Assembly (NCBI GenBank): GCA_017626095.1
Contig: JAGAJL010000013.1
Span: 15,974-79,973 of the forward strand
Direction of reading: 5' to 3'
DNA length: 64,000 bases
Source of the DNA: Lachnospiraceae bacterium
GTDB taxonomy: Bacteria > Bacillota > Clostridia > Lachnospirales > Lachnospiraceae
The translations under genes and the position numbers were made by a program. Every line of letters starts with the position of its first letter. The stretch's first letter is position 1. Positions 39,726 through 49,766 of the stretch are shown here, piece after piece. The notes under the pieces were generated by a model. It did not search any database. It was not told where the DNA came from and saw only the letters and a program-made list of their open reading frames with translations.

Positions 39726-41210
39726 TTATGCAAAAGGATTTTCTGTCGGGTAACGAACGCCTGCAGGCTGGTTGTATCCGATTTCATCTACATCAACACC
39801 GATGTATTTGAATACTTCGTATAATGCCTTTCCGTGATGACCGAAAGCAACTGCACCATGATGAGGGAAGTTTTTCTCAATCAATACGTGTCTGTAGAAA
39901 CGTCCCATTTCCGGAATTGCAAATACGCCGATACCACCGAAGGATTTTGTTGCTACAGGTAATACTTCACCGTTTGCAATATAAGCGCGCAGAATACTGT
40001 CTGCTGTAGACTGTAAACGGAAGAATGTGATTTCACCGGGAACAATATCGCCCTCTAAAGTACCCTGTGTTACTTCTTCGGGAAGGGCTCTTGCCATAAT
40101 CATCTGATACTGCATGCCGCAAGATGTAAGTTTCTTGCTGTTGGTATTTCCGCAGTGGAAGCCCATGAAAGTATCTTTGTGTGTGTAGTTGAATTTGCCT
40201 TCAATGGACTCTTTGTACATATCAGCCGGAACAGAGTTGTTGATATCCAGTAAGGTAACGATATCCTCGGATACACAATAACCGATAAACTCTGATAAAC
40301 ATCCATAAATATCTACTTCACAGGATACCGGAATGCCCATACCTGTCAGACGGCTGTTTACGTAGCAGGGAACAAATCCAAACTGTGTCTGGAATGCCGG
40401 CCAGCATTTTCCTGCAATTGCAACATATTTGCGATAGCCTCTGTGTTCTTCAATCCAGTCTAATAAGGTCAATTCATACTGAGCCAGTTTAGGAAGAATG
40501 GTAGGTTTGTTGTTTCCGGCACCAAGTTCTTCTTCCATTTCTTTTACTTTTGCAGGGATTCGGGGATCATCTGCATGTTTGTTGAATGCTTCGAATAAGT
40601 CAAGCTCGGAGTTTTCTTCGATTTCTACGCCAAGGTTGTAAAGCTGTTTAATCGGTGCGTTACAAGCTAAGAAGTTTAACGGTCTGGGACCAAAGCTGAT
40701 AATCTTTAAGTTTGCAAGAGCATCAATTGCACGTGCAATCGGAACGAATTCGTGAATCATATCAGCACATTCTTCTGCTGTTCCTACCGGATACTCAGGA
40801 ATATATGCACGGATATTGCGAAGCTTTAAGTTGTAGCTTGCATTTAACATACCACAATATGCATCACCACGACCCTGGATTAAGTCATCCTGTGTTTCCT
40901 CTGCAGCAGCAACGAACATCTTAGGACCGTCAAAGTGTTTTGCAAGTAATGTCTCAGAAATTTCAGGACCGAAGTTTCCAAGATATACACAAAGAGCATT
41001 ACATCCGGCTTTTTTAATGTCTTCTAATGCCTGTACCATATGAATTTCACTTTCTACGATACAGATGGGGCATTCATAAATATCTGTCTCGCCGTATTTT
41101 GCTTTGTAAGCGTCTACTAATGCTTTTCTTCTGTTTACGGAAAGAGATTCCGGGAAACAGTCACGGCTTACTGCTACAATACCAATTTTTACTTCAGGTG
41201 CATTTAACAT
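39726..41210 (-). CDS. L-fucose/L-arabinose isomerase family protein; probable XylA-II type pentose isomerase
   Basis: YLGNFGPE, RGDAYCG, KCWPAFQ, SCEVDIYG, FHCGN, FPHHGAVAFG; clustered with xylB and tkt. Confidence 0.8.
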   Translation of the reverse strand: MLNAPEVKIGIVAVSRDCFPESLSVNRRKALVDAYKAKYGETDIYECPICIVESEIHMVQALEDIKKAGCNALCVYLGNFGPEISETLLAKHFDGPKMFVAAAEETQDDLIQGRGDAYCGMLNASYNLKLRNIRAYIPEYPVGTAEECADMIHEFVPIARAIDALANLKIISFGPRPLNFLACNAPIKQLYNLGVEIEENSELDLFEAFNKHADDPRIPAKVKEMEEELGAGNNKPTILPKLAQYELTLLDWIEEHRGYRKYVAIAGKCWPAFQTQFGFVPCYVNSRLTGMGIPVSCEVDIYGCLSEFIGYCVSEDIVTLLDINNSVPADMYKESIEGKFNYTHKDTFMGFHCGNTNSKKLTSCGMQYQMIMARALPEEVTQGTLEGDIVPGEITFFRLQSTADSILRAYIANGEVLPVATKSFGGIGVFAIPEMGRFYRHVLIEKNFPHHGAVAFGHHGKALYEVFKYIGVDVDEIGYNQPAGVRYPTENPFA

Positions 41211-41334
41211 TTCATTGTCCTCCTTATTGCCTTATGGCTTTTTCTTTTTTATTTTTCTGTTTTATTTTCCTATTTACTGTGTTTTCACACATTACTTGTT
41301 TCAAAATCTTAATTAAGAGAAGCTTCTTATTCTC

Positions 41335-41958
41335 TTATTCATTTACATTTAGGTTTTTTCCGATTAAGCCGATATGTGCATTTGCATCAAGCCCACCTTC
41401 CGGATGTCCGATCAGCCATTTATTCTTAGCCGTAATTAATTTATCTTCCCATCCGTCATGGCTATCGTCCAACGGATAGTTTGTACCTTTGGGAAGTACA
41501 ATTCCGACTTTAAAGCCGGCGCCCTTTACTCCGCAAGGCGCATAATGAAGTGTTGTTGCATATACTTCTACTGCAGTTCCTGCCGGTACGAGGAATGCTT
41601 CCATCAAAGATGTATCATATGTAAAATCATCCGTAATATCCTGCTGGCAGCCTAAAATTAGAATAGCATCTGTAGCAGCGACATTAATTTCTGAGCTTCT
41701 GTGGTATTCAACCGCATTGAGAAGTTCGTTGTGTCCGTTACAATAACCGATCTCAATTGCCAGCTCACCATATGTTTTTTTCGTCAGTTCCTGATATACA
41801 GGAAGTTCCTCCAAAACAGCAACGCTGGGTTCGTAAGCTACTCCATCCGGTAACGGTGTTTTTTCATTGATTGCATCCACAAGCCCTGAAAAATCAATGT
41901 TTTGTACGATTCTGCCATACTTTCTGAACTTTTCATCCGTCACGTCATAAATTGTCAT
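41335..41958 (-). CDS. DUF4867 family protein
   Basis: FRKYG, IGYCNGHN..LNAVEYHRSSEIN, YATTLHYAPC, AKNKWLI.H. Confidence 0.75.
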   Translation of the reverse strand: MTIYDVTDEKFRKYGRIVQNIDFSGLVDAINEKTPLPDGVAYEPSVAVLEELPVYQELTKKTYGELAIEIGYCNGHNELLNAVEYHRSSEINVAATDAILILGCQQDITDDFTYDTSLMEAFLVPAGTAVEVYATTLHYAPCGVKGAGFKVGIVLPKGTNYPLDDSHDGWEDKLITAKNKWLIGHPEGGLDANAHIGLIGKNLNVNE

Positions 41959-42084
41959 GTCATAACCCCTTTCTGTTATATAAAAATCATCTTGGTTTTC
42001 CACACATTTCATGTGGTTTGTTTCAAGTTTATAAATATCTGTTAATATCTCTTGCCTTCCATACTTTTGATGCATGTACTGAAC

Positions 42085-43554
42085 TCACTGAATTTTTTGA
42101 AACAGCTCTTTGCATGCAGGATAGATTTGCTTAAACTGCTGGTATCTTGCCTCATATTTTTCAACCAGTGCCGGCTCCGGTTCTACCGTATCCACAATCT
42201 TAACGATTTTTGCCGCCGCATCTTCTACGCTTGCAAACTCTCCGTTGGCCACAGCAGCAAGCATGGCGCCTCCCAGTGCCGGGCCTTCTTCACTTTCGAT
42301 GACATCGACTTTTACATTTAAAATATTGGCAATCATCTTTTTCCATAGCGGGCTCTTTGCACCACCGCCGCAGATCTTGGTTCTCTCAATCTTAATACCA
42401 AGTGCTTTTGCTACTTCAAAAGAATCACGAAGTGCAAAGGCAACGCCTTCTAAAACTGCCTGTGTCATATCGGCTCTTGTCGAATCCATGGTCAGACCGA
42501 TAAATGTACCTCTTGCCTGTGGATCATTAATCGGCGAGCGTTCACCCATTAAATAGGGCAGGAAATAAACATGATTTTCGCCCAGCTCTTCAATCGCTTT
42601 TTGTTCAGCCGCATAATCCTTGGTTCCGATGATTTCATCCATCCACCATTTATTGCAGCTTGCTGCAGATAACATACATCCCATCAGGTGATAATGACCA
42701 TCTGCATGTGCAAAGGCATGAAGTGCATTGAATTTATCTACTCCAAATTTTTCTGATGAAATAAAGATGGTTCCGCTTGTTCCAAGTGAAATATTACAAT
42801 TGCCGTCTCCAACAGTACCTGTACCAACAGCCGCTGCTGCATTATCGCCGGCACCTGCAACAACTTTACAGCTTTCCGGAATTCCAAGTTCAGCAGCAAT
42901 TTCGGGAAGTACACATCCTACAGTCTCGTAGCTTTCGTAAACCTTTGCCAACTGTTCTTCTTTGATACCACAAATCTCACACATTTCCTTGGACCAGCAT
43001 CTGTTCTTTACATCAAATACCAACATGCCGGAAGCATCGGAAACATCGGTGCAGTGCACACCGGATAATTTATAAGCAATGTAGTCTTTGGGGAGCATGA
43101 TTTTTTTAATTCTCGCAAAATTTTCAGGTTCTTTATTCTTAACCCACAAAATTTTGGGAGCCGTAAATCCGGTAAAAGAAATATTAGCTGTATACTCGGA
43201 TAATTTATCTTTTCCGATTACATTATTTAAATAATCACATTCCTCTGTCGTACGGCCATCGTTCCAGAGAATGGCAGGACGAATAACCTCGTCATTTTCA
43301 TCCAGAATAACCAGTCCGTGCATCTGTCCGCCAAAGCTGATGCCTGCGACCTGACTTTTATCTGCATCTTGAATTAATTCCTTAATTCCGGCCATCACCT
43401 GTGTATACCAGTCTTCCGGCTTCTGCTCAGACCAGCCGGGATGCGGAAAATACAACGGATATTCTTTGGAAACGATGTTCATAATCTTTCCGTTACCATC
43501 CATGAGCAGTAATTTTACTGCTGAAGTACCAAGATCAACTCCAATATATAACAT
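42085..43554 (-). CDS. xylB: Xylulokinase (FGGY family)
   Basis: YIGVDLGTS, GQMHG, ILWNDGR, GAGDNAA, LPYLMGERSP; start moved to the ATG at 43554. Confidence 0.9.
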   Translation of the reverse strand: MLYIGVDLGTSAVKLLLMDGNGKIMNIVSKEYPLYFPHPGWSEQKPEDWYTQVMAGIKELIQDADKSQVAGISFGGQMHGLVILDENDEVIRPAILWNDGRTTEECDYLNNVIGKDKLSEYTANISFTGFTAPKILWVKNKEPENFARIKKIMLPKDYIAYKLSGVHCTDVSDASGMLVFDVKNRCWSKEMCEICGIKEEQLAKVYESYETVGCVLPEIAAELGIPESCKVVAGAGDNAAAAVGTGTVGDGNCNISLGTSGTIFISSEKFGVDKFNALHAFAHADGHYHLMGCMLSAASCNKWWMDEIIGTKDYAAEQKAIEELGENHVYFLPYLMGERSPINDPQARGTFIGLTMDSTRADMTQAVLEGVAFALRDSFEVAKALGIKIERTKICGGGAKSPLWKKMIANILNVKVDVIESEEGPALGGAMLAAVANGEFASVEDAAAKIVKIVDTVEPEPALVEKYEARYQQFKQIYPACKELFQKIQ

Positions 43555-43613
43555 TTTGCTCCTCCTTTTAAAAATCCTTCTTTTTTTATTTGGCAAGCGC
43601 AGCAAAATTGTTC

Positions 43614-43762
43614 TGTGCGCGTGCACATTTTTATCATATATTTTTTCTTTATAAATATCAATATCTATTTTAAAAAAATTCCATATTCCTTGCATTTCGG
43701 CGTTTTTACTGTATTTAGTGCAAGCTATTGTGCAAAATCACGATATACGTGCACGGCGCACA
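43614..43762. promoter_or_regulatory. Two candidate LacI-type operators between xylB and the regulator
   Basis: TGTGCGCGTGCACA (43614-43627) and CGTGCACGGCGCACA (43748-43762). Confidence 0.55.
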
Positions 43763-43831
43763 TTTTTTGTTGTTTTTTTATAAAAACGGTAATAAAATAT
43801 AGTTAATCATTTGCAGGGGGGTAATTCGTCT

Positions 43832-44851
43832 ATGGCAACCATAAAAGAAATTGCTGAATTAGCAGGCGTTTCCAGAGGAACCGTTGATCGCGTATTAAAT
43901 AAGCGCGGTGCGGTAAATCCCAAAACAGAAGCCAAAATTCTGGAAATTGCCAAGGCTTTGGATTATAAACCCAATAGGGCCGGTATTGTTTTGGCCGCAC
44001 AGAAAAAGAAATTCAAACTTGGAGTTGTGATGTTTGGCATCGGAAATCCTTTTTTCGATGATGTTATTTCGGGCATTCAGGAAAAAGAAGAAGAGCTTCT
44101 CAGCTATAATTGTACCATTGTCATCAAACGGATTTCTGCTTTCGGCATTAAAGATCAGATTGATGCCATCAACGAGCTTCTTTCCGAAGAAATAAACGGC
44201 TTGGCCATTTCACCTCAAAACGATCCCTCGATTGCTGCCAAAATTAACGAATTATATGATTTAGGCATCCCGACTGTGACGTTTAATACGGATATAGCCG
44301 GTTCTAAGCGTATTGCTTATGTAGGAAGCAACTATTACCGCTGTGGACAGACTGCTGCAGGACTTATGCATCTGATGACAAGCGGAGAGGTCTATGTCGG
44401 CATCGTCAGCGGTAATTCCAATGTCTTGTGTCACACCGAACGCATCTCCGGATTCCGTTCTTCTTTAAAAGAGTATGCAAATATTCACGAAGTTGCTTTT
44501 TTTGAAAACGATGATGATGATTTTGTCAGTTATGATAAGACGACACAGATGTTAAAAGAACATCCCGAAATGAACGCGATTTTCTTTGCCGCAAGCGGTG
44601 CATACGGCGGTTGTAAAGCCGTTCTTGCGGCAAACAGACAGGACAATATGAAAATCATTGCATTTGATAAAATAGAAAAGACTGTCGAGATGATTCAAAA
44701 CGGTGTCATTGCGGCATCCATTTGCCAAAAACCCCGCATTCAGGGATCTTTACCTCTTCAACTACTGTTTGAATATCTGACGACGGGAGAGACTCCCAAA
44801 AAAGAATTCCATTATATGGAAGCAGAAATCAGAATTAAAGAAAATATATAG
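43832..44851 (+). CDS. LacI family transcriptional regulator
   Basis: TIKEIAELAGVSRGTVDRVLN HTH plus periplasmic-binding-type sensor domain. Confidence 0.93.
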   Translation: MATIKEIAELAGVSRGTVDRVLNKRGAVNPKTEAKILEIAKALDYKPNRAGIVLAAQKKKFKLGVVMFGIGNPFFDDVISGIQEKEEELLSYNCTIVIKRISAFGIKDQIDAINELLSEEINGLAISPQNDPSIAAKINELYDLGIPTVTFNTDIAGSKRIAYVGSNYYRCGQTAAGLMHLMTSGEVYVGIVSGNSNVLCHTERISGFRSSLKEYANIHEVAFFENDDDDFVSYDKTTQMLKEHPEMNAIFFAASGAYGGCKAVLAANRQDNMKIIAFDKIEKTVEMIQNGVIAASICQKPRIQGSLPLQLLFEYLTTGETPKKEFHYMEAEIRIKENI

Positions 44852-44867
44852 ATTTACTCCCTTTTCG

Positions 44868-45088
44868 GATTTGTGTTCTCAATATATATCTTTGCCCGCC
44901 TCGTACTTCGGTTTTTAGACTTTCTAAGCGGCATGCTCACAAAAATTTATGAAATGCCCGGTTTCAAAACTCAGACTTCGTCTTCAAACAGTTGAAACCG
45001 GGCATTTTTTTTGCTCGCCATGCCGCTAAGAAAGTCACAAAACCTCGTAAAAGCCGGCGGGCAAAGATATATATTGAGAACACAAATC
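44868..45088. repeat. Rod-shaped palindromic repeat, family A, copy 2
   Basis: Perfect 33-bp IR at 44868-44900 / 45056-45088 around the shared core. Confidence 0.92.
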
Positions 45089-45110
45089 TGAAATAAAATA
45101 AAAATTTAAA

Positions 45111-45375
45111 ACCGTGCGTCCGGCTTCGAATCGCATCCCTATGCGTTACCTCTACAGTTAACTCAACCCAGGCACCCTCACGGCACATGGAAGATTCCCC
45201 TTAGTGCTGCTGTATTCCTACCCTGACACGGTTCGAAGATTTCCATTGCGTAAGACCCAGATATCAACGCCACTTATAGAGGGCAGCCATAAAAACGCTA
45301 AACCCTCGGCCGGACATCACCCCTGCTAAAGCGGATTGCAGGTACAAGGCGCCGCTACTGCCCCGGCTGCACGGT
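45111..45375 (-). ncRNA. ffs: Large (Alu-containing) signal recognition particle RNA
   Basis: Paired ends ACCGTGC/GCACGGT, Alu-like GTAGCGGCGCCTTGTACCTGCAATCCGCT, helix-8 GAACCGTGTCAGG-GTAGGAATAC-AGCAGCACTAAG; TTGACT-N17-TATACT promoter at 45411-45383; next to tadA. Confidence 0.9.
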
Positions 45376-45420
45376 AAGTCTTAGTATACTTTGTTTTTTC
45401 TCAAAAGTCAATGAATGAGA

Positions 45421-46101
45421 TTATCGCAATTTTCTAAAAAAAACTTTCAGTAAATCTGAGCATTCTTCCTTCCCGATACCGGTCACCAATTCTACCTGAT
45501 GATTAAACTCTTTCATTTGTAGAATATTCAAAACAGATCCGGCACAACCGGCTTTCGGATTCATACTCCCTACCACAACCCGTTTTATCCTTGCTTGAAC
45601 GATAGCGCCTGCGCACATTTGACAGGGTTCCAATGTGACATACAGTGTACAATCTTCCAGTCGCCAGTCATTCAATTTTTGGCTTGCCTTGCGTATCGCG
45701 GAAATTTCCGCATGCGACAATGTACTATGATCTGTATTTCTCCGGTTGTATCCTCTGGATATAATCACATCATCCTTTACAATCACACAGCCGATCGGAA
45801 CCTCATTTAACACAGCCGCCTTCTTTGCCTGTCTTATGGCTTCTTTCATATAATAGATATCCCTATGATACTGCTCTTTTTCTTCTTCCTGTTGTGCTTC
45901 TAATGACTCTACTTTTTTCTGCAAGCGGGACAGTCTCCTTTTTTCTGATTTTGTCAGCTCAGACTTTTCTTGCAGTTCTAAGATTTGTTTTGATATTGTA
46001 TCCATTTCTGCCTTTGTTTCTGCTTTTGTTTCTGATAACAAATCATTTTCCGATATCATTTTCTTGTCTGATTGTATTTCTTTATCTGACATCTTCCGCA
46101 T
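45421..46101 (-). CDS. tadA: tRNA adenosine(34) deaminase with charged N-terminal extension
   Basis: EVPIGCVIV, HAE, WRL, TLEPCQMCAGA. Confidence 0.92.
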   Translation of the reverse strand: MRKMSDKEIQSDKKMISENDLLSETKAETKAEMDTISKQILELQEKSELTKSEKRRLSRLQKKVESLEAQQEEEKEQYHRDIYYMKEAIRQAKKAAVLNEVPIGCVIVKDDVIISRGYNRRNTDHSTLSHAEISAIRKASQKLNDWRLEDCTLYVTLEPCQMCAGAIVQARIKRVVVGSMNPKAGCAGSVLNILQMKEFNHQVELVTGIGKEECSDLLKVFFRKLR

Positions 46102-47129
46102 TATCCTTTCGTGAAATAGTAACCGAATGTTCCCGTTTGTATTTTTTCCCTTCCGGCAGGCTCAAAATCAGGAAATCCAAACATCGTAGCCACCATTTGT
46201 TCTCTCTCATAATAATTCCCCGGTACGCCCAGCCGGCTTTCACCGTTTCTTTCATCCAAAACCAAATGTCCGTAATTATAGTATCCGTGAAGAAGAAAAC
46301 TGTTATGCAGATAAGAGCGAAATAGCATCTCTTCTTCTAAAACACCCAGTTCTATTATTTTACGAAATCCGGTTTGTAATTCTTCCGGTTCATCGCCAAA
46401 ATCTGTTTCATCCAACAAATCGTATTCCGATTCGCTTACCCTCTTCCTTATAGTATCTAACCTCTGTTCTATCGTTTCTATCGATTCATTCGCGCGTTGT
46501 GATTCTGACAGTCGCTCTGATTCTTTACGGTTCTGTCGTTCTGCCTGTTCTTCCGCTTCTCTACTATTTTGTTGCTCTGTCTGCCTTTCCGCTTCTCTAC
46601 CGTTTTGTAACCCTATCTCTTGTGTCGATTCTTCGGTATTCTGCCGTTTTTCCGATTGCACCGGTTCTATATATGTTTTTTGTTCTTTGGCCTGCTCCGA
46701 ATTACTATCTGTATTCGGTTTCTCCCTTTTTTCTTCTCTTTGGTCAAATTCAAGTAAAGGACATCCTACGCCACCGGATAAAAAACAGAATTTACCCACT
46801 CTAATGCACAACTCCAAATCTTTTCGGTTTCGTTGTAATAAAGCAGCCGTATCGGCATCCAAAATTCCCTTTCCTGCCAATGCCTCTTTTAAAAACGCAG
46901 AATCCTTTTTGTACAATATTTCTTTTAAAACAGATGTGTCTTTATGAAAAAAACGGATGATCCAATCATCATATTGTGCAAGCTCTGCAAATGCACTCAA
47001 ATCCAGATGGGCCGTGGGAACTTTTTCTTTTTCATACACAAACAGCTTCACTGTCTTTTTCTTTTTGTTTTCTTTTCCATCCAGATACCAAACCTTTTTC
47101 AAAAATATCCCACCTCTCAAAGTTTTCAT
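46101..47129 (-). CDS. Hypothetical protein (DUF6128-like C-terminus) with a repeat-rich linker
   Basis: C-terminal NSFLLHGYYNYGHL...LGVPG...A.MFGFPDF...FGYY; three 12-aa repeats. Confidence 0.65.
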   Translation of the reverse strand: MKTLRGGIFLKKVWYLDGKENKKKKTVKLFVYEKEKVPTAHLDLSAFAELAQYDDWIIRFFHKDTSVLKEILYKKDSAFLKEALAGKGILDADTAALLQRNRKDLELCIRVGKFCFLSGGVGCPLLEFDQREEKREKPNTDSNSEQAKEQKTYIEPVQSEKRQNTEESTQEIGLQNGREAERQTEQQNSREAEEQAERQNRKESERLSESQRANESIETIEQRLDTIRKRVSESEYDLLDETDFGDEPEELQTGFRKIIELGVLEEEMLFRSYLHNSFLLHGYYNYGHLVLDERNGESRLGVPGNYYEREQMVATMFGFPDFEPAGREKIQTGTFGYYFTKG

Positions 47130-47180
47130 GAGTCGTTTTACTCATTTCATTCTATGATAAAGTGGGACAAATTATGTTTC

Positions 47181-48266
47181 TTAGTATTCCAGATTTTTTA
47201 AATATTTCATATAATTAACAACCATAAGTGCTATTTTCAATGTCAGGGCATCGTCAAACACACGAATATCTAATCCGGTTGCCTTTTGCAACTTTTCCAA
47301 ACGGTATAACAGGGTGTTTCTGTGCACATACAACTGACGCGCCGTTTCTGAAACATTTAAACTGTTTTCCAAAAACATGTCAATCGTATTGAGTGTTTCT
47401 TCGTCCAACTCATTCGGCACGTTTTCACCAAAGATTTCTTCGATAAACATCTGGCATAAATTGATTGGGAGCTGATAAATGAGTCGTCCGATACCCAAGG
47501 TATTATATGCCACCACATCTTTATCCGCATAGAAAATTTTACCAACATCCAAAGCCATTTTTGCCTCTTTATAGCTCTTAGACACATCTTTCAATTCCGA
47601 AACAATAGTACCGTAAGCAATCTTTCCGTTAACCATGATTTCTGTATTGAGCATTCCTTTTATGGTCAAAGAGATATCCAACAGGTCATCATAATCTTCA
47701 TCCGGTTCTAGCTGCTTAATCACAATCAGATTGTGTTCGTCTACAGAAGTAACAAAGTCTCCCGACTGCTGGGAAAACATATTCTTTAGCATTTCCTGAA
47801 TGCCGTTGTCACATTCTTTTTGAACCTCCACCAAAATGACCGCTCGTCTGACAGAAATATCCAGATGGAGCTTCTTGGCGCGATTATAAACATCCACCAG
47901 CAACAGATTATCCAGAAGAAGATTTTGAAAGAAATTGTTTTTATCAATCTTTTCCCGGTAAGCAACCAATAGGCTCTGTAATTGTTTTACGACAATTCTA
48001 GCAATCACGATATGATCTGCCAAGTCCTTGCAGATGACCACATAGGTTACTTCATCCTCATGAAAGACTTTCATATAATGATAACCACCTATGGTCTGAG
48101 ATTCTGCCTCGGAATCCACAAATTTACTAATTGCATCCGATGAGAAATCCTTTTTGTCACCCGTAGATGCAATCAGCAATCCTGCGCTGTCTATCACCGT
48201 CAGATCAATTTTTGTAATTTCTTTTAAATCTTCAATACAGGTCTGTATTACTTGTGTTGATAACAA
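47181..48266 (-). CDS. CdaR/PucR family transcriptional regulator
   Basis: LNVSETARQLYVHRNTLLYRLEKL C-terminal HTH; TTG start. Confidence 0.9.
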   Translation of the reverse strand: MLSTQVIQTCIEDLKEITKIDLTVIDSAGLLIASTGDKKDFSSDAISKFVDSEAESQTIGGYHYMKVFHEDEVTYVVICKDLADHIVIARIVVKQLQSLLVAYREKIDKNNFFQNLLLDNLLLVDVYNRAKKLHLDISVRRAVILVEVQKECDNGIQEMLKNMFSQQSGDFVTSVDEHNLIVIKQLEPDEDYDDLLDISLTIKGMLNTEIMVNGKIAYGTIVSELKDVSKSYKEAKMALDVGKIFYADKDVVAYNTLGIGRLIYQLPINLCQMFIEEIFGENVPNELDEETLNTIDMFLENSLNVSETARQLYVHRNTLLYRLEKLQKATGLDIRVFDDALTLKIALMVVNYMKYLKNLEY

Positions 48267-48376
48267 ATACTCACGTCCTTTTCTTCATAATATGATATAG
48301 GTGCCAAAACGAAATCCATATATCGGTGAGCGGCAACGTTTACTTTATGACACTCATATCATGATGTTATAACTAA

Positions 48377-48489
48377 CTAGTACAATGGTTTCTAAATTAC
48401 TATACCATTTACGAAGAATATTTTTCTCATGTGCTATCGGGAAAATAGTCAAGTAATATGGTGTAGTTAATTTAAAACCATTGTACTAG
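48377..48489. repeat. Palindromic repeat family B, both ends present
   Basis: CTAGTACAATGGTTT...AAACCATTGTACTAG terminal IR. Confidence 0.85.
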
Positions 48490-48520
48490 AAAAGGGAGAT
48501 ACATAAACGTATCTCCCTTA
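48490..48520 (-). terminator. Terminator of the sugar ABC ATPase gene
   Basis: AAGGGAGATAC-ataaac-GTATCTCCCTT with an A-tract on the left. Confidence 0.75.
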
Positions 48521-48540
48521 ATTGTTTTAGGAATAAGAAA

Positions 48541-49653
48541 CTAGTTTGTGATAACCATTTCAGTTTCTTTATCGAAGATGTGGATCTTCTCAACATCGAT
48601 AGCGAATTTAACAACATCGCCAGGTCTTGCTGTTGTACGAGGATCAACTCTTGCGGTCATAGGGAACTCTTCAAGATCGAAGTATAAGTAAACTTCTGCA
48701 CCAAGTAATTCGTATACTCTTACAGTTGCTTCGAATGTGCTCTGAGGAGAAGCCTCAACCATCATTTCTGAATCATATACATCTTCAGGACGGATACCAA
48801 ATGTAACGGTTCTTCCGTTGTAACCGCCTTCGATTAATTTTTTAGATTTAGCAGGAGGTAACGGAATGAAGTGACCAGCTACTTTTAATACTGCTGTATC
48901 ATCAACAACTTCTACAACTGCATCTAAGAAGTTCATCTGAGGTGAACCCATGAAACCAGCTACGAATAAGTTTGCGGGTTTCTCATATAAGTTCTGAGGT
49001 GTATCAACCTGCTGGATAATACCATCTTTCATAACTACGATTCTAGTACCAAGTGTCATAGCTTCTGTCTGGTCATGTGTAACGTAGATGATGGTTGTAC
49101 CTAATCTCTGATGTAATTTTGCAATCTCAATACGCATCTGTACACGTAATTTAGCATCCAGGTTTGATAAAGGCTCATCCATCAAGAATACTTTAGGATT
49201 ACGTACGATAGCACGACCCATAGCAACACGCTGTCTCTGACCACCTGATAAAGCCTTCGGTTTACGATCAAGAAGGGGAGTTAAGTCAAGGATCTTAGCT
49301 GCCTCATTAACCATTTTATCGATTTCTTCTTTCGGAACCTTTCTCAATTTAAGACCAAATGCCATATTGTCACGAACGGTCATATGAGGATACAAAGCGT
49401 AGCTCTGGAATACCATTGCGATATCTCTGTCCTTAGGTTCTACATCGTTGACCATTTTGTCACCGATCCATAATTCACCAGATGAAATATCTTCCAGACC
49501 AGCGATCATACGAAGGGTAGTAGATTTACCACAACCTGAAGGTCCTACGAAGATAATAAACTCCTGGTCATCGATTTCAAGATTGAAATCTTTAACTGCT
49601 TCAAATCCGTTAGGATATACTTTGCAGACATTTTTTAATGATAAGTTTGCCAT
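48541..49653 (-). CDS. Carbohydrate ABC transporter ATPase (MsmX/MsmK-like, stand-alone)
   Basis: GPSGCGKS, LSGGQRQR, DEPLSNLDAKLR, VTHDQTEA, TOBE domain. Confidence 0.93.
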   Translation of the reverse strand: MANLSLKNVCKVYPNGFEAVKDFNLEIDDQEFIIFVGPSGCGKSTTLRMIAGLEDISSGELWIGDKMVNDVEPKDRDIAMVFQSYALYPHMTVRDNMAFGLKLRKVPKEEIDKMVNEAAKILDLTPLLDRKPKALSGGQRQRVAMGRAIVRNPKVFLMDEPLSNLDAKLRVQMRIEIAKLHQRLGTTIIYVTHDQTEAMTLGTRIVVMKDGIIQQVDTPQNLYEKPANLFVAGFMGSPQMNFLDAVVEVVDDTAVLKVAGHFIPLPPAKSKKLIEGGYNGRTVTFGIRPEDVYDSEMMVEASPQSTFEATVRVYELLGAEVYLYFDLEEFPMTARVDPRTTARPGDVVKFAIDVEKIHIFDKETEMVITN

Positions 49654-49766
49654 TTATTTTTTCCTCCTAATTATGTTTCATCACACGGCCTTGCGCCTAT
49701 GTACTTAGTATAAGGGATGGCCTATTTTTTTCCTATGCCACTATTATACAAAGAATTTTTTTGAAT

